A stretch of DNA of 64,000 bases from Eledone cirrhosa (lineage: Eukaryota): NCBI GenBank assembly GCA_964016885.1, contig OZ024745.1, forward strand, positions 54,188,001 to 54,252,000. Reading direction: 5' to 3'. Below, one piece after another: positions 1-14,622 of this stretch; position 1 is the stretch's first letter; every line of letters starts with the position of its first letter. Both the position numbers and the translations under genes were made by a program. The notes under the pieces are model-generated. The model did not search any database, was not told where the DNA came from, and worked only from the letters and a program-made list of their open reading frames with translations.

Positions 1-35
<35 letters not shown>

Positions 36-98
36 CGGTCAGCAGCCGCCATGGAGAATCGAATACATATACATATAGAAATATATATGTGTGTATAG

Positions 99-888
<790 letters not shown>

Positions 889-1254
889 GGGCTGAAATGC
901 GATTCTCGATAATTTATATTTATATATATATATATATATATATATAATTCTATACACACATATATATTTCTATATGTATATGTATTCGATTCTCCATTGC
1001 GGCTGCTGACCAATTTTCTTCCAGTCCTTAGGGTTATTTTAACCGATTTCAAAAGCTATTATTTATAGAAATCACCTGTTGTTACAGTTATTTTCTGTGT
1101 TTGGGATTGCTACATTTTTCTAAGTGAATCACAAAGTACCGAGTGCCACGATAGATTGTTCAGAAGGTTGACTGGTCACACATGTGCTTTTTCTACAAAG
1201 TATTTTCCATTCCTCTCTCCACTCTCTATCTTACTGTGTCTTTTATTTCTTATT

Positions 1255-1295
1255 CTAGCTTCTGATGAAAGACTAGTATCCGAAATGTTGAACTT
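1255..1295 (+). ncRNA. Degenerate minimal hammerhead (same family as 6019-6054)
   Basis: CTGATGAAAGACTAGTATCCGAAATGTT versus CTGATGAAGGACTAGCGTCCGAAACGTT. Confidence 0.5.
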
Positions 1296-1368
1296 GTTTT
1301 TATACTATAACAAACCTTAAACTAATATATTCTTCATAGTACTGTTCTGTATGGTTTGTCATTTCCAT

Positions 1369-1428
<60 letters not shown>

Positions 1429-1445
1429 ACACACACACACACACA

Positions 1446-1570
<125 letters not shown>

Positions 1571-1591
1571 GCACACACCTATGTATGTGTT

Positions 1592-1644
<53 letters not shown>

Positions 1645-2235
1645 CCTAGGTATTCGGATTATCTCATATCGTGTGATATATGTAGAAAATCCTTGTCATC
1701 TAATCGGTCAAGCGAAGTGAAATTGATAGCATTAGCCCACACCAATTGAATCGTTATATTTGTCCGAATATAGTCGCTCCAATGCACGTATTTAGTACAC
1801 TTACATTCTCTCGTTTTTACCTTGTACATATATATGTGTATATGAATTGTATATACACACACATAAACACAGACGCACACAGACGCACACAGACGCACAC
1901 AGACACGCATACACACATACACCCCCCCCCCCCCCCACACACACATATCAATATCTATATATAAATGTGTGTGTGTGTGTATACATATATATAGGTACAT
2001 AATTAAATGTATTCTAAAATATAGACGTGCAGTGTTCCATTGAGAACAAAAGAATGTACATATACGTACATCAAACTACATTAGAATGTAAACCACAAAT
2101 GACTTTTACTCAATATTTCGGCCAGGAAACAACCTAGATATGAATTAGAAAATAAAAACAAAAAACCTCACAAAAAAACAACCGCTTCTCCGCAGTTTGA
2201 CGACAAAATAACGAATAAATCTTTTTATTATTTTA

Positions 2236-2420
2236 TGGATTGGTAGTATTGGTAGAGGGTCGGACGCCATGCTTTCTAGCATAGTTACGTCCCTTTATGA
2301 TCTGAGTTCAAATCCCGTCGAGGTTGACTTTGCCTTTCATCCTTACGGGGTCGATAAAATAAAGTACCAGTGAGGCACTGGGTAGTTGTTGGCCTTGTGC
2401 CTAAAGTAGAAACAATTATT
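2236..2420 (+). mobile_element. tRNA-derived SINE (octopus-type family)
   Basis: A-box-like TGGTAGTATTGG, B-box GAGTTCAAATCC, core GCCTTTCATCCTTACGGGGTCGATAAAATAAAGTACCAG and tail GTAGAAACAATTATT. About 15 copies occur in the window. Confidence 0.9.
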
Positions 2421-2491
2421 TTATACTCTTCATGGCTTGTTTTTCACACTTTGACTCATCTATTTAACCATGCGTCAAACGGAGTATCACG

Positions 2492-2529
<38 letters not shown>

Positions 2530-2678
2530 TGACACACTCTCCCTCTCACACACACACACGCACACCCATATATATATATATAAAATAAATGTACTTCCAT
2601 CATGTTTGTTTCGGCACGCCTACGCGCGCGTGTTATGGTGTGTATATGCACCTATATTTGTTACTAATGCTTGTATGG

Positions 2679-2723
<45 letters not shown>

Positions 2724-3159
2724 TGTCTGCATATATGTATGTGACACTATATGTCACACCTTCGTTACTGGAGAATAATGCCAACGATTGCCCTAGCCGA
2801 TATGAAGCTGCAGTAATGAAGTCTGAGAATTCTAAAAATGCTTAAATATTAATACATCTATATATTCCAGCATAGTTATTGATTTCTTGCACGTCTCTTT
2901 GTTCTACTTTTGATATCGGTTAGTGTTGTTTATATCATACTTATTTGTTTCATTTCAGCTTGGAAATTAAAATTAAACTTGTTTTTCTGAAGCTGTTTCC
3001 TTTTTATATATGTTATGGTTCGTTGGTTGTTAATGATAGTTTTTTAGATATCAGGAGCAGAAGAGACACTGAAGGAAATCTAAATATCCATGGAAATTCA
3101 AAATAACAAAATGGGACAAAGTTAAACATTATACGCGACCAATAACAAAATCTTGATTG

Positions 3160-3840
3160 TCCATCGTAAACGATGATGACATCTTCTTCATTGTTGTTCC
3201 CGTCTGCCGTGGGCGCGAAGATGGCTGTGGAGGCTGATTCTTGACTTGCAGGTCCGGGGACAGTGGCGGCAGGGTAAGAGACCGGAGTCACCTGGGGCAG
3301 CTGCTGATGCCTTTCTCCTCCTTTCACGGCCTCACCTGTTACCTCCGCCTCTCGCCCATTGCCGCAGGGCTTTGGGAGTGCACTTACTCGGCGCCGCAGA
3401 AGCCAGAATCCGGTGGTACGGAGGACCGTCGCGACCAGGGACTTCCTTGGCTGCAGTGGATGGCCACGACGTCTGTAGTGCCTTGCCGTGCCCTAGCGCT
3501 CCACACCGCTTGCTGTCGCCGCCTTCGTGACCGTTGGGACGATGTTGTCCTCCTCCACTCACTCGCCCGGGTCAAGTCTTCGCATGCAGGGGTAGGCATC
3601 CCCTATCTAACTCACCGGGGGTTTCCAGACCCGTTCTGCTACCCTCAACCTGGTTCGACCCGCCAGCCAAAGTAGTTTTACCGGTTTACCGGTGTGGCCG
3701 CTGTCGCATGCTACAGCTTCTTGGGTCACAGGTGAGAGCTGAGTGTCATGTGGGACCCAATACAGGACGAGCTGTCCTTGAAAAGGGCATGGTTAGACCC
3801 GCCCTACAGAGGTACATGCCCCCTCCCTGACACCCCAGGC
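3160..3840 (-). mobile_element. GC-rich segment, probable 5' UTR/5' portion of a HERO-like non-LTR retrotransposon
   Basis: Sharp GC-rich island in an AT-rich background. Minus-strand motifs CAGCTCTCACCTGTG, CATGCGACAGCGGCCACACC and GAGGGTAGC resemble HERO 5' ends as I recall them (not database-checked). Confidence 0.45.
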
Positions 3841-3879
3841 ATATACATATGTACATGTGTATATATATATTTACACATT

Positions 3880-4066
3880 TTGGATGGCCGTTGACTCTTA
3901 TGAGTTCTTCCGCCCTTTGTCAGGTTTTGTTTTTTGTCCTGCAGGGTGTCCAAAATCACCCCTCCTCACCAAGTAAATTGGTGGGGTTGCCAGTTTAGTC
4001 GCCGACGACCCAACCATGCGAAAGGTTGTACTGTTTACATGTTACAGTACCACTCAAAAGTGACCT
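3880..4066 (-). mobile_element. Interspersed repeat with HDV-like-ribozyme-shaped 5' region (RTE-type 5' end?)
   Basis: Minus strand: AACATGT-AAA-CAGT-ACAACCTTTC-GCATGGTT-GG-GTCGTCGGCGA-CTAA-ACTG. Confidence 0.35.
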
Positions 4067-4069
4067 GAC

Positions 4070-4372
4070 ATACCAAAATAGGACATATATAAACAGCATT
4101 ATACCGGATCAATAACAAAATGGGACACAGATACACAAACATTATACGGGACTAATAAAAAAATTAGCACATAACTAAACATCCTACCTGACCGATAACA
4201 AAATAGGACATAGATAACAACATCATACAGGATCAACAATAAAATGGGACACAGATAAACATCATACAGGACCAATAATTAAAATGGGACATAGATAACA
4301 ACTCATCATACGCCGACCCAATAACAAAATGTAGACAGATAACAGCATACGGGACCAATGCAAATATAGAAC
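4070..4372 (+). repeat. ~40-bp minisatellite (AATAACAAAATGGGACATAGATAACAACATCATACAGGACC-like), ~7 units; one more unit at ~3101-3150
   Basis: Visible periodic AAAAT(G/A)GGACA...CAT(C/T)ATAC..GAC. Confidence 0.85.
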
Positions 4373-4479
4373 AAACAATGAATAAGGAACGGAATGAGGA
4401 AATATTTAATCGACATCTGAAACCTCCCACACTAAAAAAAAGAAAAAAAAAAAAATCATAGATTACAACACGGCCATCA

Positions 4480-4672
4480 TTAATAACTTTTCTACGTTAG
4501 GCACAAGGTCAGCAATTACCCAGTGTATTACTGGTACTTTATTTTATCGACCCCGTAAGGATGAAAGGCAAAGTTAACTTCGGCGGGATTTGAACTCAGA
4601 ATGGCAAGGGCCGTAACTCTATGCGTCAAAGCATGGCATCCGACATTCTATCAATACTGCCAATCCACCGCC
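4480..4672 (-). mobile_element. tRNA-derived SINE
   Basis: Reverse complement of the SINE core (CTGGTACTTTATTTTATCGACCCCGTAAGGATGAAAGGC...GGATTTGAACTC). Confidence 0.9.
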
Positions 4673-4678
4673 TTCATC

Positions 4679-4866
4679 TAATAACTGTTTCTACTTTAGG
4701 CACAAGGCCAGCAATTACCCAGTGCATTACTGGTACTTTATTTTATCGACCCCGTAAGGATGAAAGGCAAAGTCAACATCGGCGGGATTTGAACTCAGAT
4801 CGTAAAATGACGTAACTATGCTGGAAAGCATGGCGTCCGACCCTCTACCGATACTGCCAATCCACT
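4679..4866 (-). mobile_element. tRNA-derived SINE (tandem with the previous copy)
   Basis: Same core and B-box. Confidence 0.9.
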
Positions 4867-5112
4867 AATAACATCAGACAATAATAGTAGAAAACAACCG
4901 ATGAGAAAATAAAAGCCTTCTCCAATATATAAATATAAAACACGAACAGAAAGTGAAACAGTTTTCACCTCAAGACCATAGTGACGTGAAATTCGAATCT
5001 CTGTCACTTTCTGTTTCTCGTTTTCTCTTTCTCTCTCCTCCTCTCTATGATTCTATATATATATACATATATATATGTATATATACACACACACACACGC
5101 ACGCACACACGC

Positions 5113-5247
<135 letters not shown>

Positions 5248-5376
5248 CATGTATATATTAGGGTAAACATTGATGCAATTCAATTCAAGCACTCAACGTA
5301 CTTTTTCCACATAGGAGTGACGGAGTAAATATCGAATATTCTATACATGTATATACATGTATATATATATATATAT

Positions 5377-5420
<44 letters not shown>

Positions 5421-6018
5421 GTGGGGGCTTAGTAAAATCGAAGCTTTGGCTGTGGCAAGCAAAGTCGACCTACAATATGAATGAGTTAGCAAAGCACTCA
5501 ATAAGGGTAGGTCCTGAGAGTAACAACATACGTTTAAATAGCTTGACAAATTGAAAATTGTGGTAGGCAAAACCTCACACACAATACCAGAGCAACGAAA
5601 ACACTAACAGCTTAAAAAAGATTCACCTGGACAAATTAAACGATATACGTTTAAAGTGTTTATGTGAAGCCGAAATCAAATATCCGACTTACGTAACAGG
5701 CACGCTCGTGGTATTCCATGACGAACAGAGGATTCATTTCATCAACAGGAGTTCCGTTCTGTCCAAAAGCGAGGTGGATTCTAAATGCTGCCGCTATAAG
5801 CGAGCTGAACGCACATTTAGTTATCACGTGTTATTTCCAACAAGGGAAGCAGCCCTCGGTTTTGGCGGGTAGATTCGAAGTGTTAAGCAAAGGAAATATT
5901 ATAATTTCCGCTAACATTCAGAATGAAGCTCTCAAACAGATGTTATTAAACAAACACAAATAATTAACCAATCATATATATATGCCCATCCCCTCAATCT
6001 ATCTTATTTCTCATGCTT

Positions 6019-6054
6019 TCTTCTGATGAAGGACTAGCGTCCGAAACGTTAAGA
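6019..6054 (+). ncRNA. Minimal type I hammerhead ribozyme
   Basis: TCTT-CTGATGA-A-GGAC(TAGC)GTCC-GAAACGTT-AAGA: 4-bp stem I, 4-bp stem II and palindromic AACGTT in place of stem III. Confidence 0.75.
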
Positions 6055-6166
6055 CCTTCTTCCTGCTATTTCAAGCGTTAACCTAATATATCCCTTCCAT
6101 ATACTGTACTGATTGTGTTGTTATTTCTGTTTCCCTTTTACATACATACACACACACACACACACG

Positions 6167-6309
<143 letters not shown>

Positions 6310-6353
6310 TAATTCAAAATATTAATAAATATAGACATTCGTGTGATCAAGTA

Positions 6354-6420
6354 TATTTTATTATACATATTTCAGAGGTACTAAGCTATCTTCAACAGTA
6401 CGTCTTCATCAGATAAAATA
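6354..6420 (-). ncRNA. Minimal type I hammerhead ribozyme in pLTR-like repeat (family shared with 59.9 kb)
   Basis: Minus strand: TATTTTAT-CTGATGA-AGACGTACT...AGTACCTCT-GAAA-TATGTATA-ATAAAATA. Confidence 0.75.
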
Positions 6421-6965
6421 AGATGATGCATCACATACCTTGACTAAGTAGATGGTTGAAATTCAGTCATGGCAGTGAATAAGATAGGACAAAACTCAAT
6501 ATTTATAAACCTTAAGATTGAGACATGAAAAAATTACATATAATACAGAGGGTGCTGTGAGAAAGCTTATAAATATACATAATAATAAACAACTACTAAT
6601 ATAATATAAACCTACATAACTGTTAGAAATTTAAATAATTTAAATTATTGAAGAAAGAAGAAGTGAAAGACAGAGAAAGAAACAGAAGAGGAAAAAAGAG
6701 ACTGACTAGAAGTATAGAATTATCTTATGCACGAAAGCAAAAGAAAATTGATTAAGGATAGAGAAAGGAGGAGAAAATAAATTTTTATAGTATAACACAG
6801 AGGGAGGGAGATTTGTATTGTGGATAAATAGCGTATAATTAGATGATGTAAAATATATATATAAATATATATATATGTAAATATATCTATATATCTATCT
6901 ATATCTATATATATATATAAATGAAAAGTATAGAAATTATTGTAGCAAGAAGCCAACAGTATTCC

Positions 6966-7017
<52 letters not shown>

Positions 7018-7030
7018 TCGAAAATATTCT

Positions 7031-7089
<59 letters not shown>

Positions 7090-7128
7090 GATATTAATAA
7101 ATGGAAACTATATTTATAAAACCATATC

Positions 7129-7193
7129 TATTTTATTATACATATTTCAAGGATACCATGTTAAATTTTTGTATGCTTTCATCAGACAAAATA
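7129..7193 (-). ncRNA. Minimal type I hammerhead ribozyme
   Basis: TATTTTGT-CTGATGA-AAGCATAC...GTATCCTT-GAAA-TATGTATA-ATAAAATA. Confidence 0.75.
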
Positions 7194-8610
7194 CAATATA
7201 TACCAGTTTTATAAATAAATATTGACATACCCTTTCAAAATGCAACCGTTACTTTTGGAAGACATCAGGATAATGGATTTGTTTACTTATATTAGTGAGT
7301 CGTTGTGTTACGGAGAAAGAAAAAGACGGAGAGAGAGAAAAAACGGAGAGAAAAGCGGAGAGAGAAAGGGAGAAAGAAAGAAAGAAAAAAAGAAAAAAGA
7401 GAAAAAACGAGAGAGAGATATCAAAACACCAGACAGAGAGAAAAAAATCGAGAGAGAGAAATATAGAGATAGAGAGAGGGGGAGAGAACGAAAACCTTAA
7501 GTCATGTCATATTAAGTTAAGTTAACAATTGAGATGAAATGAATAAATAAAATTAGAAATATTAATATTCATGAATGGAATATACATATATAATATGAGA
7601 AATTAATCATTGTTTAACTATGATTAGATATTTAGTTTAAAAATTGAGATCAATATATTAAAAATTCGAATTTAAACATTAAGAAATCTATATAATTTGC
7701 TAGAGAAATTACATATCATATAACCCGTACACACACGCAAAAATACACATAAATATATATATACACACACTCAGAAAATACACATCATATCTACCCCCGT
7801 ATATAATATATACATACAAAGCATAAATGATTTTTTTAATTAATGTTTTACATCCTTTGTGTTATTAAATAAAAAATGTAAATATATATATGTCTATCTG
7901 CAATCAAATTGTATGGGTACACATCTACATGTACACACACAATTCTTACATATACATATATATAAACATGTGTGTGCATCCTCAGCCAATTGGTAGACAC
8001 GTGTCACGCATGTATATACAGACAGACATATATTCATAAAAATGCATATAATACATGTATATGTATGTTAATATACACATATACATACATACTCGTATAT
8101 AGATAAGTATACATCAATATATTACATAGTATAATTGAGTACATAAAATACAAAAGGATTATATTTTGGAAATATAATTATATCAATATAACTTAAAAAC
8201 AAAAGAATTCTAAAATATTAAAATATTAAAATATTTTAAAATATTATAGAATATTTTAAGTTAAAATAATATGTTTAATAGATTTATTATAGAAATTTAT
8301 CTTACGTATATTTTACTCAAGATATTGAAAGGATAAACTTTCGAAAATTATGAGAAGCTATCAGAATAAAAGCAAACCTAATAAAAAATAAATAAAATAT
8401 AAAAAATATATAAAAGATGTAAAAAATATAAAAAATATAAAAAATATAAAAAATATAAAATAGGAAATATTTTCTCCTTTCAAGAGCTCTCAATATATTT
8501 CTCTAGAATAGTTTATTATATTTATATTTATATTTAGGAAGAACATTTATTTATACTTGAGTACTTAACCAAAGAAAATGAAAAATGAAAAGGTGAAGGA
8601 ATCTAATGAT

Positions 8611-9599
8611 TTATCGACAGGTTTCAAATAATAAAGATTTTTTGTTTGGATCTGTAAAATAATTTTTATGATTATTGAAGCGGGATTTAAACTCTGTGGA
8701 GGTAGAACCGACATAATGAAATGAATTTAAATTAGTTTTTACATTACAATTATAAACTACATTTTTAGCTAAGCAATTGTTATTTAACGGACAGTTGGAT
8801 TTATTTCTACAGTTACAATTATTCGATTGAATATTGCTTGGGTTATTATTGGTATTTTGGTTAGGTTTTAAATTTCTATTATTAATTCTATTAATATTTT
8901 GCGCTAAATTTTTGGTGGAAGAGTAAGTTAATTTTATAGTATGTCTATGTGTTCTAGGGAAGCGTTTGTCAAGAGCTTTAAAGAATAGTTTAGAAATAGG
9001 GGTTTTAATATTTAGTGAGAAAGGAGGAGCGAACCATACTATGTTCCTAGTTCTATTTCTTGTTCGGCTTTCGGAATTATTGTAATGTTTTCTATTATAG
9101 TTGTTAAAATTGTTACCATAGTTAAAATTGTTATTATTTTGGTTAGTTTTTATATTATTATTATTATCGATGTATTTAATTTTATTTCTATACCCAGCTC
9201 TACCTAACGCTTCGTTGTAATAATGTGCTTTTTCATCAAATATATTTTTATTAGATGAAATTCTCGAAATTCGTTCTTGTACAGAGTTCACTATAGTATT
9301 TTTAACGGATCTGGGGTGATTAGAGTTAAAATTGACATAATTTAAGTTCTCATTTAGTTTGTGAAATGGATAATGAAGACATGTGTTAAGATTTAGTGTT
9401 ATATCTAGAAAATTGACTATTTTATGGTTATTCTCTATTTCTACTTTTAGATTAAGGTAATTAAAAAATTGTATAATTTGTTTTCTTTTTCTATTTAGTT
9501 CACAGCTATTATTTTCTATAAATAAAAGCATGTCGTCACGATATAATCCTCCGGTTACACCTGGTATTTTTCTATGTAGAGAATTAATTATAAATAGGC

Positions 9600-9602
<3 letters not shown>
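8611..9602 (-). pseudogene. 5'-truncated Penelope-like RT (palm C motif to thumb) + partial GIY-YIG endonuclease, Naiad-like
   Basis: [47 protein letters not shown] linker and VVY...[13 protein letters not shown]. There is no CxxC between the GIY and YIG motifs. The YI run at the ORF N-terminus is microsatellite. Confidence 0.9.
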
Positions 9603-9698
<96 letters not shown>

Positions 9699-9723
9699 TA
9701 TACATATATATATATATATATAC

Positions 9724-9754
<31 letters not shown>

Positions 9755-9822
9755 CATATATATACATATATATATATTCAATGATATTAAATAAATGGAA
9801 ACTATATTTATATAATCATATT

Positions 9823-9883
9823 TATTCTATTATATATATTTCAAGGGTACCAAAACTTTGGTATGCCTTCATCAGATAAAATA
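9823..9883 (-). ncRNA. Minimal type I hammerhead ribozyme
   Basis: TATTTTAT-CTGATGA-AGGCATACCAAAGTTTTGGTACCCTT-GAAA-TATATATA-ATAGAATA. Confidence 0.75.
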
Positions 9884-9885
9884 CA

Positions 9886-10290
9886 TGCTGTAATGCAATA
9901 TAGTGTAGTTAGTATAGTGTACTCTAATATTAGTATTTACGTACTAATATATACAATACTATAGTGTAATTCTTTAATGTGTAGTGTAGTGCACTGTTCT
10001 GTAGCGTACTGCTGTGTAATGTAATGTAGTGTAGTATATGTAGTGTTGTGTTGTGTTGTGTTGTGTAATGTAGTGCAGTAATGTAATGTAATGTAGAATA
10101 ATATAATGTAGTGTAATGCACTTTTGTGTAACGTAGTGAAGAATAAAGTAATGAGGGTAGTGTAATATTGTGCAATGCAGTGTACCATAGTATTGTGTAA
10201 TGTAATGTAGTGTAGTGTAATCTAGTATTGTATAATATAGTGTACCACAATATTGCCTAATGTAATGTTTTGTGTAATATAGTGTAGTGT
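9886..10290. repeat. Degenerate pentamer satellite (TAGTG/TAATG/TTGTG)
   Basis: Visible 5-bp periodicity. Confidence 0.85.
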
Positions 10291-10619
10291 CATGGAACTA
10301 TAACTTACTCTAATATTCCAATGTTTTATTGCTTATTCCAATATTCTAATTTGGTTTATTTCTTTCTTCAGTTGGAGTTTATTCCTTTCAGTCTTGCATC
10401 GGTTGGAATTAACAGCATTGCAAACTTATACATTTGCTGTTGTTGTTGCTATGGTTATTGCTGTTATTGTTGTTGCTGTTGTTGTTATTGCTGTTGTTGC
10501 TGGTATTGTTATTCTTTTTGCTTATTCCTCTTAAATTTTGTTATGTAGACGCATATATAATATATATGTATATATAATATAAATATATATAATATATATA
10601 TATATATAGATAGATAGAT

Positions 10620-10654
<35 letters not shown>

Positions 10655-11294
10655 GATGAATATTTATATATAGATGAATATTTATATATATATATATATG
10701 GATGAATTATATATATATATATATATATACATACATATATTCTTTTCAGTGGGAGTTTGCGTTTATTTTTCACTTTTATGTCGGTCAATGACAATGGTAT
10801 CCAATACTTGTGAATGTCTATAATAACTTAACTACCGCAACGAAAAATGAAGACAGAATTTCCACAGAGAATCGGGATTTAGAGGAAAAAATATTCGGAA
10901 TAAAATCAAAAGCACTCAATATTTACATAACATCTACATTTCATTGCTTTTCCACTAGTTTTTATCATATCCACTTTGTTCATAAACAAAGGAGCATCAT
11001 TTTAATGTTCGTTTGTGGCTTATCGTTATTGAATCTATTTGTATATGTTTCAAAATTGATTATCATAATGTATGTATGTATGTGTGTATGTATGTATGTA
11101 TGTATGTATGTATGTATGTATGTATGTATGTATGTATCAGTCTGTCTATTTATAGGAATATAATATATTTGGCGAAATATTTTTTTCTCAAATATATATA
11201 TATATACAGTATATATGCATATAGGCAGCCACGTGCGAACAATCGCACAGACACAGGCACACAGACACCAACACACACACACACACACACACTT

Positions 11295-11384
<90 letters not shown>

Positions 11385-12312
11385 AAGGCGGTGATTTATA
11401 TATGAGTAGATATAAAACGTCCAAGCGTTAACTGAATAAGCACTCAATTCACGTGAGCATAGTATAAAACCTATTTTCTGAAAGGTAAGACCTCACTCCG
11501 ATGTATTGGCGAATGGTTCCTACAAATCACCCGTTAATCATTTGTTATGTACTAATTTCTTTTGTAAATATCGTGATCTGTACAGTATTTTTAATTTTTT
11601 AATATTTAAAGTTTTCTTTCTTTTTTCTCTCCTCTTTAGATCTTCAGCCGACTTCTCTAAACTGATATTTTGTGGTGTGCAAAATGTTGAGAAACCTAGC
11701 AAGACGATATCTCTAAATTAGAAAGGTATCCTTCGGAAAAGATGAACAGTACAAAGGACAGAATATTATACTCCATCGATGGCCAAACAGACAAACAATT
11801 AAGTTATGCGAGCATAAAAATTGTAAATATTATTTACCTTGGAAAAATCCTGGTCATGCAGGAACGAAAGAGTTGTGATACCAAGATCAAACAAACAGTC
11901 GTTGACTTAGAAGACAAATACAGACAATATGTAGAATAAAATACTAGAGGAAGAATAAGGGCTTGATATGAAGGCAAAGATGCGTCCGCATCGAGGCATG
12001 GATAGGAAGAAAGAGAGTGTAGAAGCACCCCTGTTGAATCTTACAGAGAACAAGGAGAGATAATCGAGTGTAGGGCAGACCAGATAATCTAGTATGGAAG
12101 AAAAAAGTATGGAATACATGAAAGGAATGTTTAAAGTCAGAGAGACGGGAGAATATTGTGTTGCATTTCATTAGATTTAATTTATCACATATTCCGATGC
12201 ACACAGCATTCTCTCATCTTTCTGCTTTTCTGCATTTTGGTTTCCTATTGTTAACGTTTAAGGAAGTCTTGTAATCTCTGTCACTTAAATCCAAGGAAAC
12301 CGAGATAAGAGT

Positions 12313-12546
<234 letters not shown>

Positions 12547-13526
12547 ACCCAGGATGTGGTTATTGTAAAAATATGTACACCATATTGGATAATCTAACAT
12601 TAAAACTTTTTTTCCCAATCGTTTATCAGCTAACAATATCTCAATGGGAAACTAGTAAATAGCTCATCGGAGGAAAAGACGAGAAAAACATCCATTTCAT
12701 TGAGAAGCATCTCTTAAAAGATATCACAAGGAATTAATTAAAATATCTCACTTAGATTCAAGTAACCCATTGGGAAACAAATACCTCAATGGAAAATGTC
12801 ATGAAGGATGTAAAAAAACAAATCAAATAACTACAACGAAATTTAAAGATTTGGTTGATGCTATCGTAAGAATTTTTTAAAACTAAATGTGATAAATAAA
12901 AGATACAGTTACTAATATTAATGTGAGATAAACAACAGTTAGCCTGTTGATTTGATTTTCTTTCTTTTGGTTATATGAAACCAGATCAATGATATTTATT
13001 TCAATGGAATAAATAATTATAAATAACGTTAAAATCTTTCACCAAAGAAATATAGATTCTTCAACGAGATTTTTACTTCATCTTTTACATTCCACAAAGT
13101 AGATTTTGATCTTTGATTTCTTACGTTGTAGGCTTTGATGTTTCATACTCTTTCTTATTCGTATGTAGTGTATCAACTAAGATTTACCGTTCCTGAAAAT
13201 CAAGGTAGAATTAAAATTAACCGGAAAATGTTTTGAATTCCTAAAGGAACATAACATAAAACGAGCGACAAAAAAGGAGAAATAATTAAGCTGACTTCCT
13301 TATTTATGAATGTAAGATCTAGAAACGAAGGACGTTGGTAATGATCTGCGTCGAAAAAGTTAATCCACCGAAGTCATTAAAAATAAAATAAATAAATTGC
13401 AAATGTCCGAAATGATGGATTTTACACATTTTACACATTTTGCACATTAATACGTCTGATAAAAATGCCCATGTGCGATTTGGAGGCTACCAGTAAAAAT
13501 ATATATATATATAATAAGAAGAAAAG

Positions 13527-13696
13527 ACCATAAAAATAGTCGACCAATATAAATAATGGTTGAGAAAATCGTGTAAAGTACCTCTATCGTCGGAAAAAGT
13601 GGACTGAGGCAACATTGTCTATATTTTCCCATCGCCAGATTTACTTTACCCTATTTTCTCAACTATTATTTATACTGATCGATTATTATTATAGTC
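13527..13696. repeat. Old imperfect inverted repeat (~44-bp arms, ~80-bp spacer)
   Basis: GACCATAAAAATAGTCGACCAATATAAATAATGGTTGAGAAAAT versus ATTTTCTCAACTATTATTTATACTGATCGATTATTATTATAGTC. Confidence 0.7.
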
Positions 13697-13874
13697 CTTT
13701 GCATTTGGAGGTAAACATGTCAAATTTCAAATTTTTTCAATACTTCTTAAGTTAACAGTTTTGTTTCTCTCTCTCTCCCTGCCCCTTTTCTCTCTTTCTC
13801 ATACACACACACACACACACACATTAGTAAAGTTAGAAGATCGACCGCGAGCTCGGTTGTTCGGCTAGTTGCCT

Positions 13875-13976
<102 letters not shown>

Positions 13977-14348
13977 AGTATGTATACGTACATACATATA
14001 TGTACATACATACAGACGTACAGTATTATGTATATATAAATACATACATGCACACATATATATATACATGTACGTATGGATTCACCGAACATTTATTATA
14101 ATGCTCGGTGTGTTTGTAAACAAACATCCCGAATTAAGCCGTCTAGCAACCATCGTTGCTCATTTGTTCAACACTGACAAAGGAACGCTGTACTAGTTTC
14201 AAGCTTATTAGCTATCGTTAGCAATGTATACCTTCCTGCCAGATGATTGAACATCTGAAAGTATATACTTTCCTTATGCATATTAACGGCTGAGTAGCCT
14301 AATTTGCATATCGAGTGAGTTAATCGGCCGGGGCACCGAAAACGATAA

Positions 14349-14399
<51 letters not shown>

Positions 14400-14567
14400 G
14401 ATTAGAGCAAACATCACGAGCGCTCTATCTCAAAATTATTTTTGAAAAGCATTAGAAATGCGCAACCGGTAAAAACTTAAAACTAAAACTGAATACTAAA
14501 CAATACTTATTACTAATTAAACTATTTTTCACTGGGAAAAATTTAACAGCATTTTCTTTTCCTTTTA

Positions 14568-14620
<53 letters not shown>

Positions 14621-14622
<2 letters not shown>

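Larger units (their letters stand above)
7090..9885 (-). mobile_element. Penelope-like retroelement remnant (Naiad-like) with HHR-bearing pLTR-like repeats at 7090-7200 and 9783-9885
   Basis: RT/GIY-YIG ORF fragment lies between two same-orientation ~100-bp repeats (ATAAATGGAAACTATATTTAT...TTCATCAGA). Both repeats end at (TA)n. Confidence 0.75.

Noticed and set aside
2300-2325. tRNA gene from the GAGTTCAAATCC B-box
   Set aside because: It is part of a SINE head; no cloverleaf is evident.
3013-3830. Overlapping GC-rich ORFs as a host gene
   Set aside because: No recognisable domain; better explained by the stop-poor, GC-rich repeat sequence.
4070-4372. CRISPR-like periodicity (also 35745-36150 and 26469-27000)
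   Set aside because: Units are degenerate tandem copies without unique spacers, there are no cas genes, and the context is eukaryotic.
5578-5872. ~97-codon open frame upstream of the 6019 hammerhead
   Set aside because: No start context or recognisable domain.
8611-9602. Selenocysteine recoding as in some Naiads
   Set aside because: No in-frame TGA in the preserved fragment and no SECIS recognised.
11700-12170. Possible decayed LINE RT C-terminus (IIYLGK)
   Set aside because: Only one weak motif.
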